Shown here: positions 44,167 through 56,562 of the stretch, one piece after another
Position numbering within the stretch: the first letter of the stretch is position 1
Layout of the letters: each line of letters begins with the position of its first letter
Assembly: GCF_009914755.1 (NCBI RefSeq)
Contig: NC_060926.1
DNA length: 64,000 nt
Direction: 5' to 3' (one strand)
Source of the DNA: the human T2T-CHM13v2.0 reference genome, Homo sapiens
Notes under the pieces: generated by a model
What the model was told of the DNA's origin: nothing
The model's database searches: none
What the model saw: the letters and a program-made list of their open reading frames with translations, nothing else
Position numbers and translations under genes: made by a program

Positions 44167-47100
44167 ATTTTTTTTTTTAATTATACTTTAAGTTCTGGGA
44201 TACATGTGCAGAACATGGCAGGTATACACATGCCATGGTGGTTTGCTGCACCCATCAACCTGTCATCTACATTAGGTATTTCTCCTAATGCTATCCCTCC
44301 CCTAGCCCCCTACCCACTGACAGGCCCTGGTGTGTGATGTTCCCCTCCCTGTGTCCATGTGTTCTCATTGTTCAACTCCCACTTACGAGTGAGAACATGT
44401 GGTGTTTGGTTTTCTGTTCCTGTGTTAGTTTGCTGAGAATGATGGTTTCTAGCTTCAGCCATGTCCCTGCAAAGGACATGAACTCATCCTTTTTTATGGC
44501 TGCATAGCATTCCATGGTGTATATGTGCCACATTTTCTTTATCCAGTCTATCATTGATGAGCATTTGGGTTGATTCCAAGTCCTTGCTATTGTGAACAGT
44601 GCTGCAATAAACACGTGTGCATGTGTCTTTATAGTAGAATGATTTATAATCCTTTGGGTATATACCCAGTAATGGGATTGCTGGGTCAAATGGTAATTCT
44701 GGTTCTAGATCCTTGAGGAATTGTCACACTGTCTTCCACAATCGTTTAACTAATTTACATTCCCACCAACAGTGTAAAAATGTTCCTATTTCTCCACATC
44801 CTCTCCAGCACCTGTTGTTTCCTGAGTTTTTAATGATTGCCATTCTAACTGGGATGAGATGGTATCTCATTGTGGTTTTGATTTGCATTTCTCTAATGGC
44901 CAGTGACGACGAGCTTTTTTTCATGTGTGTTGGCCGCATGAATGTCTTCTTTAGAGAAGTGTCTGTTCATATCCTTTGCCCACTTTTTGATGGGGTTGTT
45001 TGGTTTTTTTTTCATGTAAATTTGTTTAAGTTCTTTGTAAATTCTGGATATTAGCCCTTGTCAGATGGATAGACTGCAAAATTTTTCTCCCATTCTGTAG
45101 GTTGCCTGTTCACTCTGATGATAGTTTCTTTTGCTGTGCAGAAGCTCTTTAGTTTAATTAGATCCCATTTGTCAATTTTGGCTTCTGTTGCCATTGCTTT
45201 TGGTGTTTTAGTCACGAAGTCTTTGCCCATGCCTATGTCCTGAATGGTATTGCCTAGGTTTTCTTCTAGGGTTTTTATGGTTTTAGGTCTTACATTTAAG
45301 TCTTTAGTCCATCTTGAGTTAATTTTTGTATAAGGTGTAAGGAAGGGGTCCAGTTTCCGTTTTCTGCGTATGGCTAGCCAGTTTTCCCAACACTATTTAT
45401 TAAATAGGGAATCCTTTCCCCATGCTTGTTTTTGTCAGATTTGTCAAAGATCAGATGGTTGTAGATATGTGGCATTATTTCTGAGACTTTTGTTCTGTGC
45501 CATTGGTCTGTATGTCTGTTTTGGTACCAGTACAATGCTGTTTTGGTTACTGTAGCCTTGTAGTATAGTTTGAAGTCAGGTAGCATGATGCCTCCAGCTT
45601 TGTTCTTTTTGCTTAGGATTGTCTTGACTATGTGGGCTCTTTTTTGTTTCCATATGAAATTTAAAGTAGTTTTTTCTAATTCTGTGAAGAAAGTCAATGG
45701 TAGCTTGATGGGGATAGCATTGAATCTATAAATTACTTTGGGCAGTATGGCCATTTTCACAATACTGATTCTTCCTATCCATGAGCATGGAATGTTTTTT
45801 CCATTTGTTTGTGTCCTGTCTTATTTCCTTGAGCAGCGGTTTGTAGTTCTCCTTGAAGAGGTCCTTCACATCCCTTGTAAGTTGTATTCCTAGGTATTTT
45901 ATTCCCTTTGTAGCAATTTTGAATGGGAGTTCACTCATGATTTGGCTCTCTGTCTGTCTATTATTGGTGTATAGGGATGCTTGTGATTTTTGCACATCGA
46001 ATTTGTTTCCTGAGAATTTGCTGAAGTTGCTTATCAGCTTAAGGAGATTTTGGGCTGAGACGATGGGGTTTTCTAAATATACAATCATGTCATCTGCAAA
46101 TGGAGACAATTTGACTTCTCTCGTCCTATTTGAATACCCTTTCTTTCTTTCTCTTGCCTGATTTCACTGGCCAGAACTTCCAATACTATGTTGAATAGGA
46201 GTGATGAGAGAGGGCATTCTTGTCTTGTGATGGTTTTCAAAGGGAATGCTTCCAGTTTTTGCCCATTCAGTATGATATTGGCTGTGGGTTTGTCATAAAT
46301 AGCTCTTATTATTTGGAGATATTTTCCATCAATACTTAGTTTATTGAGAGTTTTTAGCATGAAGAGGTGTTGAATTTTGTGGAAGGCCTTTTCTGCATCT
46401 ATTGAGATAATTATGTGGTTTTTGTCGTTGGTTCTGTTTATGTGATGGATTACGTTTATTGATTTGCATATGTTGAACCAGCCTTGCCTCCCGGGGATGA
46501 AGCCGACTTGATCGTGGTGGATAAGCTTTTTGATGTGCTGCTGGATTCAGTTTGCCAGTATTTTATGGAGGATTTTTGCATTGATGTTCATCAGGGATAT
46601 TGGCCTGAAATTTTCTTTTTTGTGTGTCTCTGGCAGGTTTTGGTATCAGGATGATGCTGGCCTCATAAAATGAGTTAGGGAGGTGTCCCTCTTTTTCTAC
46701 TGTTTGGAATAGTTTCAGAAGGAATGGTACCAGCTCCTTTTTGTACCTCTGGTAGAATTTAGCTGTGAATCTGTCTGGTCCTGGACGTTTTTTGGTTGGT
46801 AGGCTATTAATTACCGCCTCAATTTCAGAACTTGTTATTGGTCTATTCAGGGATTTGACTTCTTCCTGGTTTAGTCTTGGGAGGGTGTATGTGTCCAGGA
46901 ATTCATATTTCTTCTAGATTTTCTAGTTTATTTGCATAGAGGAAGTCAAATAGTATTCTCTGATGGTAGTTTGTATTTCTTTGGGATCATTGGTGTTATC
47001 CCTTTTATCATTTTTTATTGTGTCTATTTGATTCTTCTCTCTTTTCTTCTTTATTAGTGTGGTTAGTTGTATATCTATTTTATTAATCTTTTCCAAAAAC

Positions 47101-48066
47101 CAGCTCCTGGATTCATTGATTTTTTGAAGGGTTTTTTGTGTCTCTATCTCCTTCAGTTCTGCTCTGATCTTAAGTTATTTCTTGTCTTCTGCTGGCTTTT
47201 GAATGTGTTTGCTCTTGCTTCTCCAATTCTTTTAATTGTGATGTTAGGGTGTTGATTTTAGATCTTTCCTGCTTTCTCTTGTGGGCATTTAGTGCTATAA
47301 ATTTCCCTGTACACACTGCTTTAAATGTGTCCCAGAGATTCTGGTACGTTGTGTCTTTGTTCTCATTGGTTTCAAAGAACTTACTTCTTTCTGCCTTAAT
47401 TTCGTTATGTACCCGGTAGTCAATTCAGGAGCAGGTTGTTCAGTTTCCATGTAGTTGTGCGGTTTTGAGTGAGTTTCTTAATCCTGAGTTCTAATTTGAT
47501 TGCACTGTGGCCTGAGAGACTGTTTGTTATGATTTCTGTTCTTTTGCATTTGCTGAGGAGTGTTTTACCTCCAGTTATGTGGTCAGTTTTAGAATAAGTG
47601 CAATGTGGTGCTGAGAAGATTGTATATTCTGTTGATTTGGGGTGGAGAGTTCTGTAGACGTCTGTTAGATCTGCTTGGTCCAGAGCTGAGTTCAAGTCCT
47701 GAATGTCCTTGTTAATTTTCTGTCTCGTTGATCTGACTAATATTGACAGTGGGGTGTTAAAGTCTCCCACTATTATTGTGTGAGAGTCTAAGTCTCTTTT
47801 AGGTCTCTAAGAACTTGCTTTATGAATCTGGGTGCTCCTGTATTGGGTGCATATATATTTAGGTTAGTTAGCTCTTCTTGTTGCATTGATCCCTTTACCA
47901 CTATGTAATGCCCTTCTTTGTCTTTTTTGATCTTTGTTGGCTTAAAGTCTGTTTTATCAGAGACTAGGATTGCAACCTCTGCTTTTTTTTTTGTTTTCTA
48001 TTTGCTTGGTAAATATTCCTCCATCCCTTTATTTTGAGCCTATGTGTGTCTTTGCATGTGAGATGG
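44167..48066 (-). mobile_element. L1PA (L1PA7/8-like), 5'-truncated, defective ORF2
   Basis: Poly-T and L1PA 3' UTR. ORF2 fragments include the endonuclease (HLTCKDTHRLKIKGW; GDFNTPLS), RT (FADD) and C-terminal CWRGC..HCWWECK. TSD ggaaaaagt(a/t)ttt at 44158 and 48065. Confidence 0.95.
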
Positions 48067-49869
48067 AAAAAGTTTTTTTTTAAACCACAAGGGATGAACC
48101 TTGCATAAATTAAGAGCCGTAGCATTGTTGCAGGCATTGTGTTGTTACCTGACACCATTTTGGAGTGGTTGATTCAGAGATCTGTTGTAAGGATAAGAAT
48201 AAAACAGACATTCAGAAGCAGAGGAGGATTTCAGGCAGTGACTGGTCTTCATGGAAAGAGATGAAGAGCACTTATTTAGTACAAGGAGCTGTGTGACTGT
48301 AACTGAACCCATTCCTTAGAGTACTGGCTGAGTGCTAGCAGGAAAGACATCCAGAACCTTCAGAGGATTCTGGGAGTGCAGTAAAAATCCTTCAAATTTC
48401 TCTTGGAGAGGAATAATCCTGTTGTCTTCTAATAGTAGAGAAAAACAGGTGACTGGATTAGAAGTGGTTATTAAAGTTAAATGTTGACCAGGCACATTGA
48501 TGCCTAATAGCATTGCTTTCCACAGCAAAGTACTCACACTCAGAGGAGCATGAGACATTCCACTAAGGCTGCAAGAAGAAAAAAAAGAATAGATGTTGTA
48601 CTTATGTTTACTTCTGTCTAAAAATAGAAATCAACCTGTATAATAGTCGACATCCAGACTGACCCTGGTCCTTCCTGTGGTCCAGATGCCAGAAGATCTG
48701 CAGCCTTGCTCACAGCTGGACATTTCGAGGGAAGCGTGTGTGCTCCGTTGACAGGGGCTGACTCTTCAGAGAGGATTATCTCTACCTGATTAGGTAGACT
48801 TACAGATGATAGGATATTAAATAGCCAAAAAATCTTACAGTATTTAATAATGAGATTGAGAATGATGCTGATAATCTCTAATACCACAGATGCTAATGAG
48901 CAGATATCTTAAAGGAACTGTTGAATGTGAGTTAAGAATGTTTTTTATAAAAGACAAACATTTTGAAATTGCTGGCCTTCTGCATGATATTTAGCTATGA
49001 GTGGTCTTGTTGCCCTGCAGATAATTTAAAAGTTAATACTCATAATCTGTCCTTTCAAAGTAGAGGTGATACATTAACAATGAATAAGAAAGTAACCTTT
49101 AAAAAAATCTGGTGATCTGGTGCTACACAGAGAGCACTTGTAAAATAAATGTACAGAAATAGTTCCATTGTGACATGATTTTCATTCCTAAAAACAATAG
49201 GTGTGCGTTACATGTTAACTCATATTTGCATACTTAAAAATATTGGAAACAAACTAAAATCTTCCGGAGAGTTTAAAACCCAATAAAAATTTGTCAAAAT
49301 GTAACATTTTCCAATAAGTTTGTAAGACCAATGAAATGACATTGGGGAAAATGGAAAGTTACTAATTTTAGCCAAAAAGCTTTTGAGTAGTTAGTGTATG
49401 AGATTGAAATATGAGTGTTATGACTTTGTAAGTACATTTCTTCCATTTGCATCAATGTGTCTTTTTCAAATATCTCTTTTGAGCTAGGCCGGACACTAAA
49501 ACTAAATATTAACATATACTGGACTTAAAATGAGACCTCTGAATTGCCATATCAGTAAGTGTTAAACCAAGATTAAAAAAATGAAACCCATTCAATCATG
49601 CCGCAGTCACTAAGAAACATTTTTAGTGATAAAAAGGGTTAATAAAGGAAAACTACTTAAAAAAATTTAAATTTCATTTTTATCTCAGCCTTCCAAATTT
49701 CTATTTTTGAGTATGTTTTGTGATGTACATATTGTATAGACAGTGTAGTTTTAGAATATATACTCAATCAGAAGTGTTAACAGCAAAGCTAGAAGGAACT
49801 TTGAGATTCTCTAATCCTGGTATAGAACATGCATATAATTTGTAAATAATGTATATTTTGGAGGTTAGG

Positions 49870-50169
49870 CTTTTTTTTTTCTTTTTTTTTGTTTTGAATG
49901 AGACAGAGTCTTGCTTTGTTGCTCAGCCTGGAGTGCAGTGGTGTGATCACAGCTCACTGCAGCCTGGGACTCCTGGGCTCAAGCGATCCTCCCACCTCAT
50001 CCTCCTGAGTAGCTGGAACTATAGGTGTGGGCCACTGCGCCCAGCCAATTTTTACAAATTTTGTGTAGAGCCAGCATCTTGCTTTGTTGCCTAGGTTGGT
50101 CTCGAACTCCCGGCCTCAAGCGATCTTCCTGCCTTGGCCTCCCAAAGTGCTGGGATTATAGGCGTAAGC
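49870..50169 (-). mobile_element. AluJ
   Basis: 'cacagctcactgcagcc', 'ctcaagcgatcctccc'; head slightly truncated and followed by a separate T tract. Confidence 0.87.
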
Positions 50170-50308
50170 ATTTTTTTTTTTTCTTTTCTTTTCTTTTTTT
50201 TTTTTTCCCTAGAACGGTGTATGATCCAAATAGGTGGCCATTGGTCTACAGACAAAAACCTGCTGAGAACCTTTTAATAAAATCATCCTGGTTTCTGAGG
50301 GGTTGAGG

Positions 50309-50711
50309 AATGTTCTGTTTCCAAGCCCAGGACTCTTAGAAACTATCTGTAGCACATTCAGGTGACAATATGGGTTGAGATGTATCTATAGGACCTAACA
50401 GGTAGAGGAACTTCTATTCTTTGAGTAGATGTCAAAAGGTAAAAAGTAGGATCGGAATCTTTCTCCATGTGGAGAAATTTCAGATTCCAAGAAAGAGTAC
50501 ACACAACTCACCTGTACATTAGACACCAAAAAAATGCTCAAATTAATGAACTATTATGGAGTATTTAAAAACATAGAGAACTCTGCTTTAAAAAAAATAG
50601 GAGAGGATCCTTAAGTTTAAAGCAAAGTAGTACTTCAAAACTTCATTAATTTTGAAGTATTACTCTGCTACAGATAGTGTCTAAGAGTCCTGGGCCTGGA
50701 AACAGAACATT
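50309..50711. repeat. Interrupted inverted repeat (46-bp plus 20-bp arms)
   Basis: 50309-50354 is the reverse complement of 50666-50711 (44/46); 50621-50640 is the reverse complement of 50650-50669 (18/20). Confidence 0.9.
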
Positions 50712-50751
50712 TGGGTTCAGGTTTCCTCTTTATTCCATTCTGGCTTTATGA

Positions 50752-51060
<309 letters not shown>

Positions 51061-51171
51061 TGAAACTCTTGAGGTTTCCTCAGCCAGAAAATGAGCATGG
51101 TAATTCTTCACACCATGATTGTGAAGCTCCATGAGTTGGGGCAGAAGGAAGTGCTGTAAAAACTATAGTCC

Positions 51172-51470
51172 CCGCCCGTTGTGGTGGCTTGTGCCTGTGA
51201 TCACAGCGCTTTAGGAGGCTGAAGGAAGAGAATCATTTGAGGCCAAGAGTTCGAGACCAGCCTGGTCAATGTAGGCAGACCCAGTCTCTACAAAAAATAC
51301 AAAAATTGGCTGGGTGTGGTGCTGTGTGCCTGTTGTTCTAGCTACTTGGGAGACTGAAGTGGGGGGATTACTTGAGTCCAGGAGTTTGAGGCTGCATGAG
51401 CTGTGATTATGCCACTTTAACTCCAACCTGGGTTTCAGAGCAAGATCGTGTTTCTAAAATAAGAAAAAAA
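51172..51470 (+). mobile_element. AluJ with (CA)n after the tail
   Basis: 'gaggccaagagttcgagacc', 'ttgagtccaggagtttgaggctgc'; TSD aaaact(a/g)tagtcc. Confidence 0.88.
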
Positions 51471-52917
51471 ACACACACACACACAAAACTGTAGTCCTCT
51501 GCAATATTACTGAGTGAGGATTGCCCGAGACTTGAGAGGCAGTTAGGCAGCCCCCTTCATTCTGACTGTGGTGGTCCTCTCCTAATTGAGACTGAGAATT
51601 CTCTAGATGTGCCTGTTAAATATTTGCATGGCCCCGGAGTGCCATTCAGAGCTGGATTTTGTTTCTGATGGCTCAGTTGCCCTTGAGGCTGCTCTTGGGT
51701 TCCCAGTGCTTGTGTTGCCAAGTTGTGTGAAGTGTGCAGAGCTGCTCTGGGTTTGCAGAGCTGGCTTCATGTGTTGTGGAGAGGGCCCTGAGATGTTGGT
51801 GACTCATTCAAAGCCACTTTATGTCTGCTTCTACATCTTGCTCAATCTGCTAGGCTTACTACCATCTAAGTCCTAGAAGGCCTATCAACTCTCCCCAGGA
51901 AATGTAGAACCCAAAGACATAGGCACATACTTTCATTTCCTTTTTAAATGAATACAGTCTCTTTAAAAGTTTTATTTGAATACCGATCCATGGTTTGCAC
52001 AAGCCATTTGAATTTTAAACAGATGTGTGTGCAAAGCTGGGAGTCAGCATTGCATGTCTCAGTCAAGTTTTATAGTCATTGACTTTTAGGGTTACAGCCT
52101 GGTCTCATAGCTGTGCCTTGGGTGGAAAGGCTGGTAAGGACTTCGATGTACTTTCCTGTCCAGAGTTTTGAGACTTTAGCCAGGACTAGGGCAGCTTTCT
52201 GGGTGTCCAGTGGAGGGCCACGTCATTCGACCGTTGCTATGGGAAAAACCCATGAGCTCTCTCATTCCAAAGTTTACCGATTGCCAAATACTTGGGTGTG
52301 TGGTATTTGGAAAAAATATTTAGTGATGCAGTGATTCTTTGAAGAGGTGTCCTCTAATGTTTACTTTTTAAAATGGTAAACCAATTTTAATATTGTTCAT
52401 ACCTAGCTAAGACTGAATTAGATTATTTAAACATATTTAAACATCATCTCTGTAAGTGAATGGGAAAATAGGAACCAGACCAAACCCCTATTATTGAACG
52501 CTAAGAGAAATGGATTTTTTTAAAAACCGAAATAATTAAAATCTAGTGTTACATGTGAGTCTAGGGACTGGATTTACTATTTGGCAACTACATATTTTGT
52601 TGGCAATAAACTTATTGTCTAAAAGAAAATGCGTAGAGCCAAGATAGAGGCCCAAGTAAAGAAGAAAGTGTGATCCTAAGGGAAATTGGTTTATTGAGGA
52701 GAATGTATCTTCATATACTATTTGTAAGTTTTCTGTATGGAGGATTTCTCCCTTTTCACCCTTGTATTTATTTAATCGTTTAGTTATAGTACCTTAGCCT
52801 CATTTGTTTTATTCTTCAGGTTATATTATTATTTTCTTGCTCAAATTGTTCCATCTTTAGTCATTGTAAGCTCTTTCAGGTTGACTCCCGGATCAAAATA
52901 TAGTTTTTAAAACAGGC

Positions 52918-53208
<291 letters not shown>

Positions 53209-53214
53209 TAAAAG

Positions 53215-53501
53215 ATTTCAGTTTTTAAGGGCAGTTTTAGGTTCACAGCAAAATTGGAGAGGAAGGTCCAGACTTCCTATATACCCTGGCCCCTGCAACC
53301 CCTCTCCCCGTCCCATAGGCATAGCTTCTCCCATTATCAACATCTACCAGAGTGGTACATTTGCTACAAATGATGAACCTACATTGACACATCATTATTC
53401 CCCAAAGTCCTAGGGTTCACCCTTGGTTTTGTACATTCTGTGGGTTTGGACAAATGTATAATGACATCTATCTATCATTATAGTATCATAATGAGTATTA
53501 T
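53215..53501 (-). mobile_element. L1MC-like 3' end, host of the ERV; continues at 58030-58070
   Basis: 'gcagttttaggttcacagcaaaattg..gtacattctgtgggtttggacaaatgtataatgacat..tagtatcata' continues as 'cactgtcttaaaaatcctctgtgctct' after the ERV. Confidence 0.8.
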
Positions 53502-53578
53502 TGAAAGGTGACAGCGTGCTGGCAGCCCTCGCAGCCCTCGCTCGCTCTCGGTGCTTCCTCGGCCTCGGCGCCCAGTCT
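53502..53578 (+). mobile_element. Inverted 77-bp LTR12 U3 terminus
   Basis: TGAAAGGTGACAGCGTGCTGGCAGCCC... is 70/77 identical to the reverse complement of 57953-58029. Confidence 0.93.
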
Positions 53579-54862
53579 ACTAGATGAGTATTTGCCGTCT
53601 GGGTTTCCTTGATTAGAGGGGCCTGGCTATTTTGCTGTATCCGGGGATCCATAGTCGGCAAAAGCCAGTAATTCCAAGGAACCCCCACAAACTGTTTTAA
53701 TGTCTTAGGGCAAGGATAAGCCAGTATAGGCTTTATTCATTCCTTGCTGAGGGCCCTGGTCCCTCTGGCTAAGATTAGGCCTAGATATTTGACCTGCTGT
53801 AGGCAAAGCAGGGCCTTCGACCTAGACACCTTGTACCCTTGATTAGCTAGAAAGTTCAAGAGATCTAGAGTAGCCTGCTGGCACGAGGCTTCCAAACTGG
53901 TAGCCAAAATTAAATCATCCACATATTGAAGGACCAGAGTGCCTGGACTTGAGAAGTGGCCTAGATCTTGGGCCAGTGCCTGACCAAATAACAGGTGAGG
54001 GCTATCCCTAAACCCCTGGGGCAAGACCATCCACATAAGTTGGGACGTGTGATCTGTGGGATCCTCAAAGGCAAAGAGGAACTGGGAGTCAGAGTGCAGG
54101 AGAATACAGAAGAAGGATCCTCGAAGTCCAGAACTGTGAACCATTCTGTTTCCTCTGGTATTTGAGAGACCAGGGTATAGGGGTTGGGTACAACTGGATA
54201 TAGAGGAATTACTGCCTCACTGATGAGTCTAAGATCTTGCACTAGTCTCCACTGACCGTTCGGTTTTTGTACTCCTAGAATTGGGGTGTTGCAGGGACTG
54301 CTGCATTTCCTTACTCAGCCTTGAGCTTTCAAATGTTTAATAATATTCTGTAATCCTTTATGAGCTTCAGGCCTTAAGGGATATTGCCTTTGATAAGGAA
54401 AAATGGTGGGATCTTTTAACCTGATTTGGACTGGGCGGGCATTTTTTAGCCTTCCAAATTGTCCTTCCAATGCCCAGACTTCAGGGTTGATTCCCTCCTC
54501 AAGTAGGGGACAACAAATGGGTAACTTGTTCCCCATATTCATGTAGATAATAGCTCCAGCCTTGGCTAATATATCCCTCCCTAATAAGGTGTGGGACTTA
54601 CAGGCATAACAAGAAAGGCATGTGAAAAGAGCAAAGTCTCCCAATTAAAACTGAGGAGGTGTGAGAAACACCTGGTTACAGGCTGTCCCAGGATTCCTTG
54701 GGTGGTAACGGACCTTGAGGACAGTCGTCCAGGACAGGAGATTAACACTGAGAAGGCCGCACCAGTGTCCAGGAGGAAGTCAATTTCCTGGCCCTCAGTA
54801 GTTAAATCTACCCGGGGCTCAGTGAGGGTGATGACATGAGCCGGTGTTTGCCCCAGGCACCC
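53571..54862 (-). pseudogene. HERV9 pro-pol remnant (protease and RT, frameshifted, truncated before RNase H and integrase)
   Basis: Protease EIDFLLDTGAAFSVL (~54740-54790), LLGRD, QDLR, LPQGFRDSP, LQYVDDL, YLG. Confidence 0.92.
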
Positions 54863-56325
54863 TCAGTCCTGTTGTTGGATCATCTGGTTGGGGGCTTCTG
54901 ACCCAGGGAACCTTCATCCTCTGGAGCAGTGCACCTTCCAGTGATTGCCTCGGCATAGTGGACATGGACGAGGGGGCAGCTTTTTCTCACTGGACAGTCT
55001 TTTTTAAGGTGTCCTAGTAAACCACACTGATAACAAGCCCCACCAGATGATTGGCCTGCTCCATTCTCTGTCCTCTCTGAACCACCAAGGTTTGTTTGTC
55101 TGAGGGCCATGACTAAGGCTGCAGCCTTTCTCTGATCTCGCTTTTCCTTTTGGGCCTGTTCCTCTTGGTCCTTATTATAGAACACCGAGGTTGCAAGGTT
55201 TAACAATGCCTCTAGATTTTGTTCAGGGCCCAGGGCTTGCCTTTGGAGCTTTCTCCTGATATCTGTGGCTGATTGGGTATTAAACTTATCTTTTAGAATC
55301 AATTGACCCTCGAGTGATTCGGGTGACAGGGGAGTATGTTTTCTTAAGGCCTCCCATAGCCACTCGAGGAAGGCAGAAGAATTTTCTTCCTTTCCCTGAG
55401 TTATGGTGGACATCATTGAATAATTCATGGGCTTTTTTTCTAATTCTCCTTAGTCCTTCTAGAACACAGGTCAACAGATGTTTACAACTCCAGTCCCCAT
55501 GATCTGAGTCAAGGTCCCAGTGGGGATCCATACTGGGGATAGCTTGCTGACCAGTAGGGAATTTGTCCCTTTCTTTGGCTGTCATTCTATCATTTACTTG
55601 ACTAAGATACCAGGTGTCTCCAAACTCTTGGGCTGCAGCTAAAGCCGCATTCTTTTCGTTAAAGGCCAGGGTTTGATCTAACAGTAGCATGACATCTCTC
55701 CAAGTGAGGTCAAAGGTTTGCCCTAGACCCTGTAGGACATCTATGTACCTATCAGGATCATCTGAAAACTTCCCCAGGTCTGCCTTCATCTGCTTTAAAT
55801 CAGAGCAGGAGAAGGGGACATGTACCTGGGTAGGGCCAAATTCCCCTCCCCCTACAGCTTGAAGGGGACATAACCCATAGCCCGTGGGTTTTTGTGGTCC
55901 TTTGGAGATTTCTTTGCTTATTTCCTTCTGGGCAGGGGAGATGAGAGGATGATTATCATTAATAGGAAGGGGAGCTATAGGGAGGCTAGGATATGGGGGT
56001 AAGCTGAGAGGTCCTCCTGTGGGATGTAACTTGTAAGCTTTGCATAGTTGTGTATTCTCCCTCAATGAAAAGAAAGCTTGGACATAAGGTATTTCACTCC
56101 ATTTGCCTTCCCTCTTACAGAAAAAGTCAAGCTGCAGGATGATAGTATTGTAATTTGTACTTCCCTCAGGTGGCCGTTTTTCCCCATCAGAGAGAGAATA
56201 TTGGGGCCAAGCCGTAGCGCAGAAAAAAATGAGCCACCTCTTTTTCAGGGTTTGTGGGTCGAATTGGTCCCAATAGCTTAGGATGCATTTCAAGGGTGAG
56301 CCTGTGATGCCTGAGTGTTTCCCAT
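54863..56325 (-). pseudogene. HERV9 gag remnant (frameshifted)
   Basis: ATG GGA AAC ACT CAG (MGNTQ) at 56325, [14 protein letters not shown] major-homology-like region, zinc knuckle CYQCGLLGHLKKDC, QQQD-TGA stop at 54863-54865. Confidence 0.92.
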
Positions 56326-56370
56326 CTGAAAGACAAAACCGCCTGCAGTTTTGTTTTGTTTTGTTTGCAT

Positions 56371-56546
56371 TTATTTGCTTTTGGCTTTGTGGCTTTCGGT
56401 TTTCTTTGGTAACAGAATGGCCTGGATGTTAGGCAAAATGCCGCCCTGGGCGATGGTGACTTTGCCCAGCAGCTTGTTTAGTTCCCTGTTGTTGCAAATT
56501 GCCAGCTGGAGGTGATGAGGGATGATGCGCGTCTTCTTCTTGTCCC
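56371..56546 (-). pseudogene. Histone H2A C-terminal fragment (H2AC20/HIST2H2AC-like) inside the ERV leader; may be the annotated H2ACP2 (unverified recollection)
   Basis: [56 protein letters not shown]. By my alignment to remembered H2AC20 it is 49/56 identical, including the distinctive [11 protein letters not shown] end. No ATG, poly(A) or histone stem-loop. Confidence 0.9.
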
Positions 56547-56559
56547 TTCGTGGTTGCAA
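56542..56559 (-). other. Retroviral primer-binding site, tRNA-Arg type
   Basis: TTGCAACCACGAAGGGAC, 3 nt after the LTR end; canonical form TGGCGACCACGAAGGGAC. Confidence 0.88.
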
Positions 56560-56562
56560 AAA

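Noticed and set aside
55286-56293. 335-aa ORF as a domesticated gag gene
   Set aside because: It is disconnected from the real ATG and frameshifted before the C-terminal capsid/nucleocapsid part, as expected for a decaying HERV9.
56371-56559. 62-aa ORF as a functional histone H2A variant
   Set aside because: It starts at a TTG inside the PBS, has no ATG, lacks the N-terminal ~70 residues, and its substitutions look like CpG decay.
56542-56559. tRNA gene fragment on the + strand
   Set aside because: It is only the 18-nt PBS complement; there is no tRNA body.
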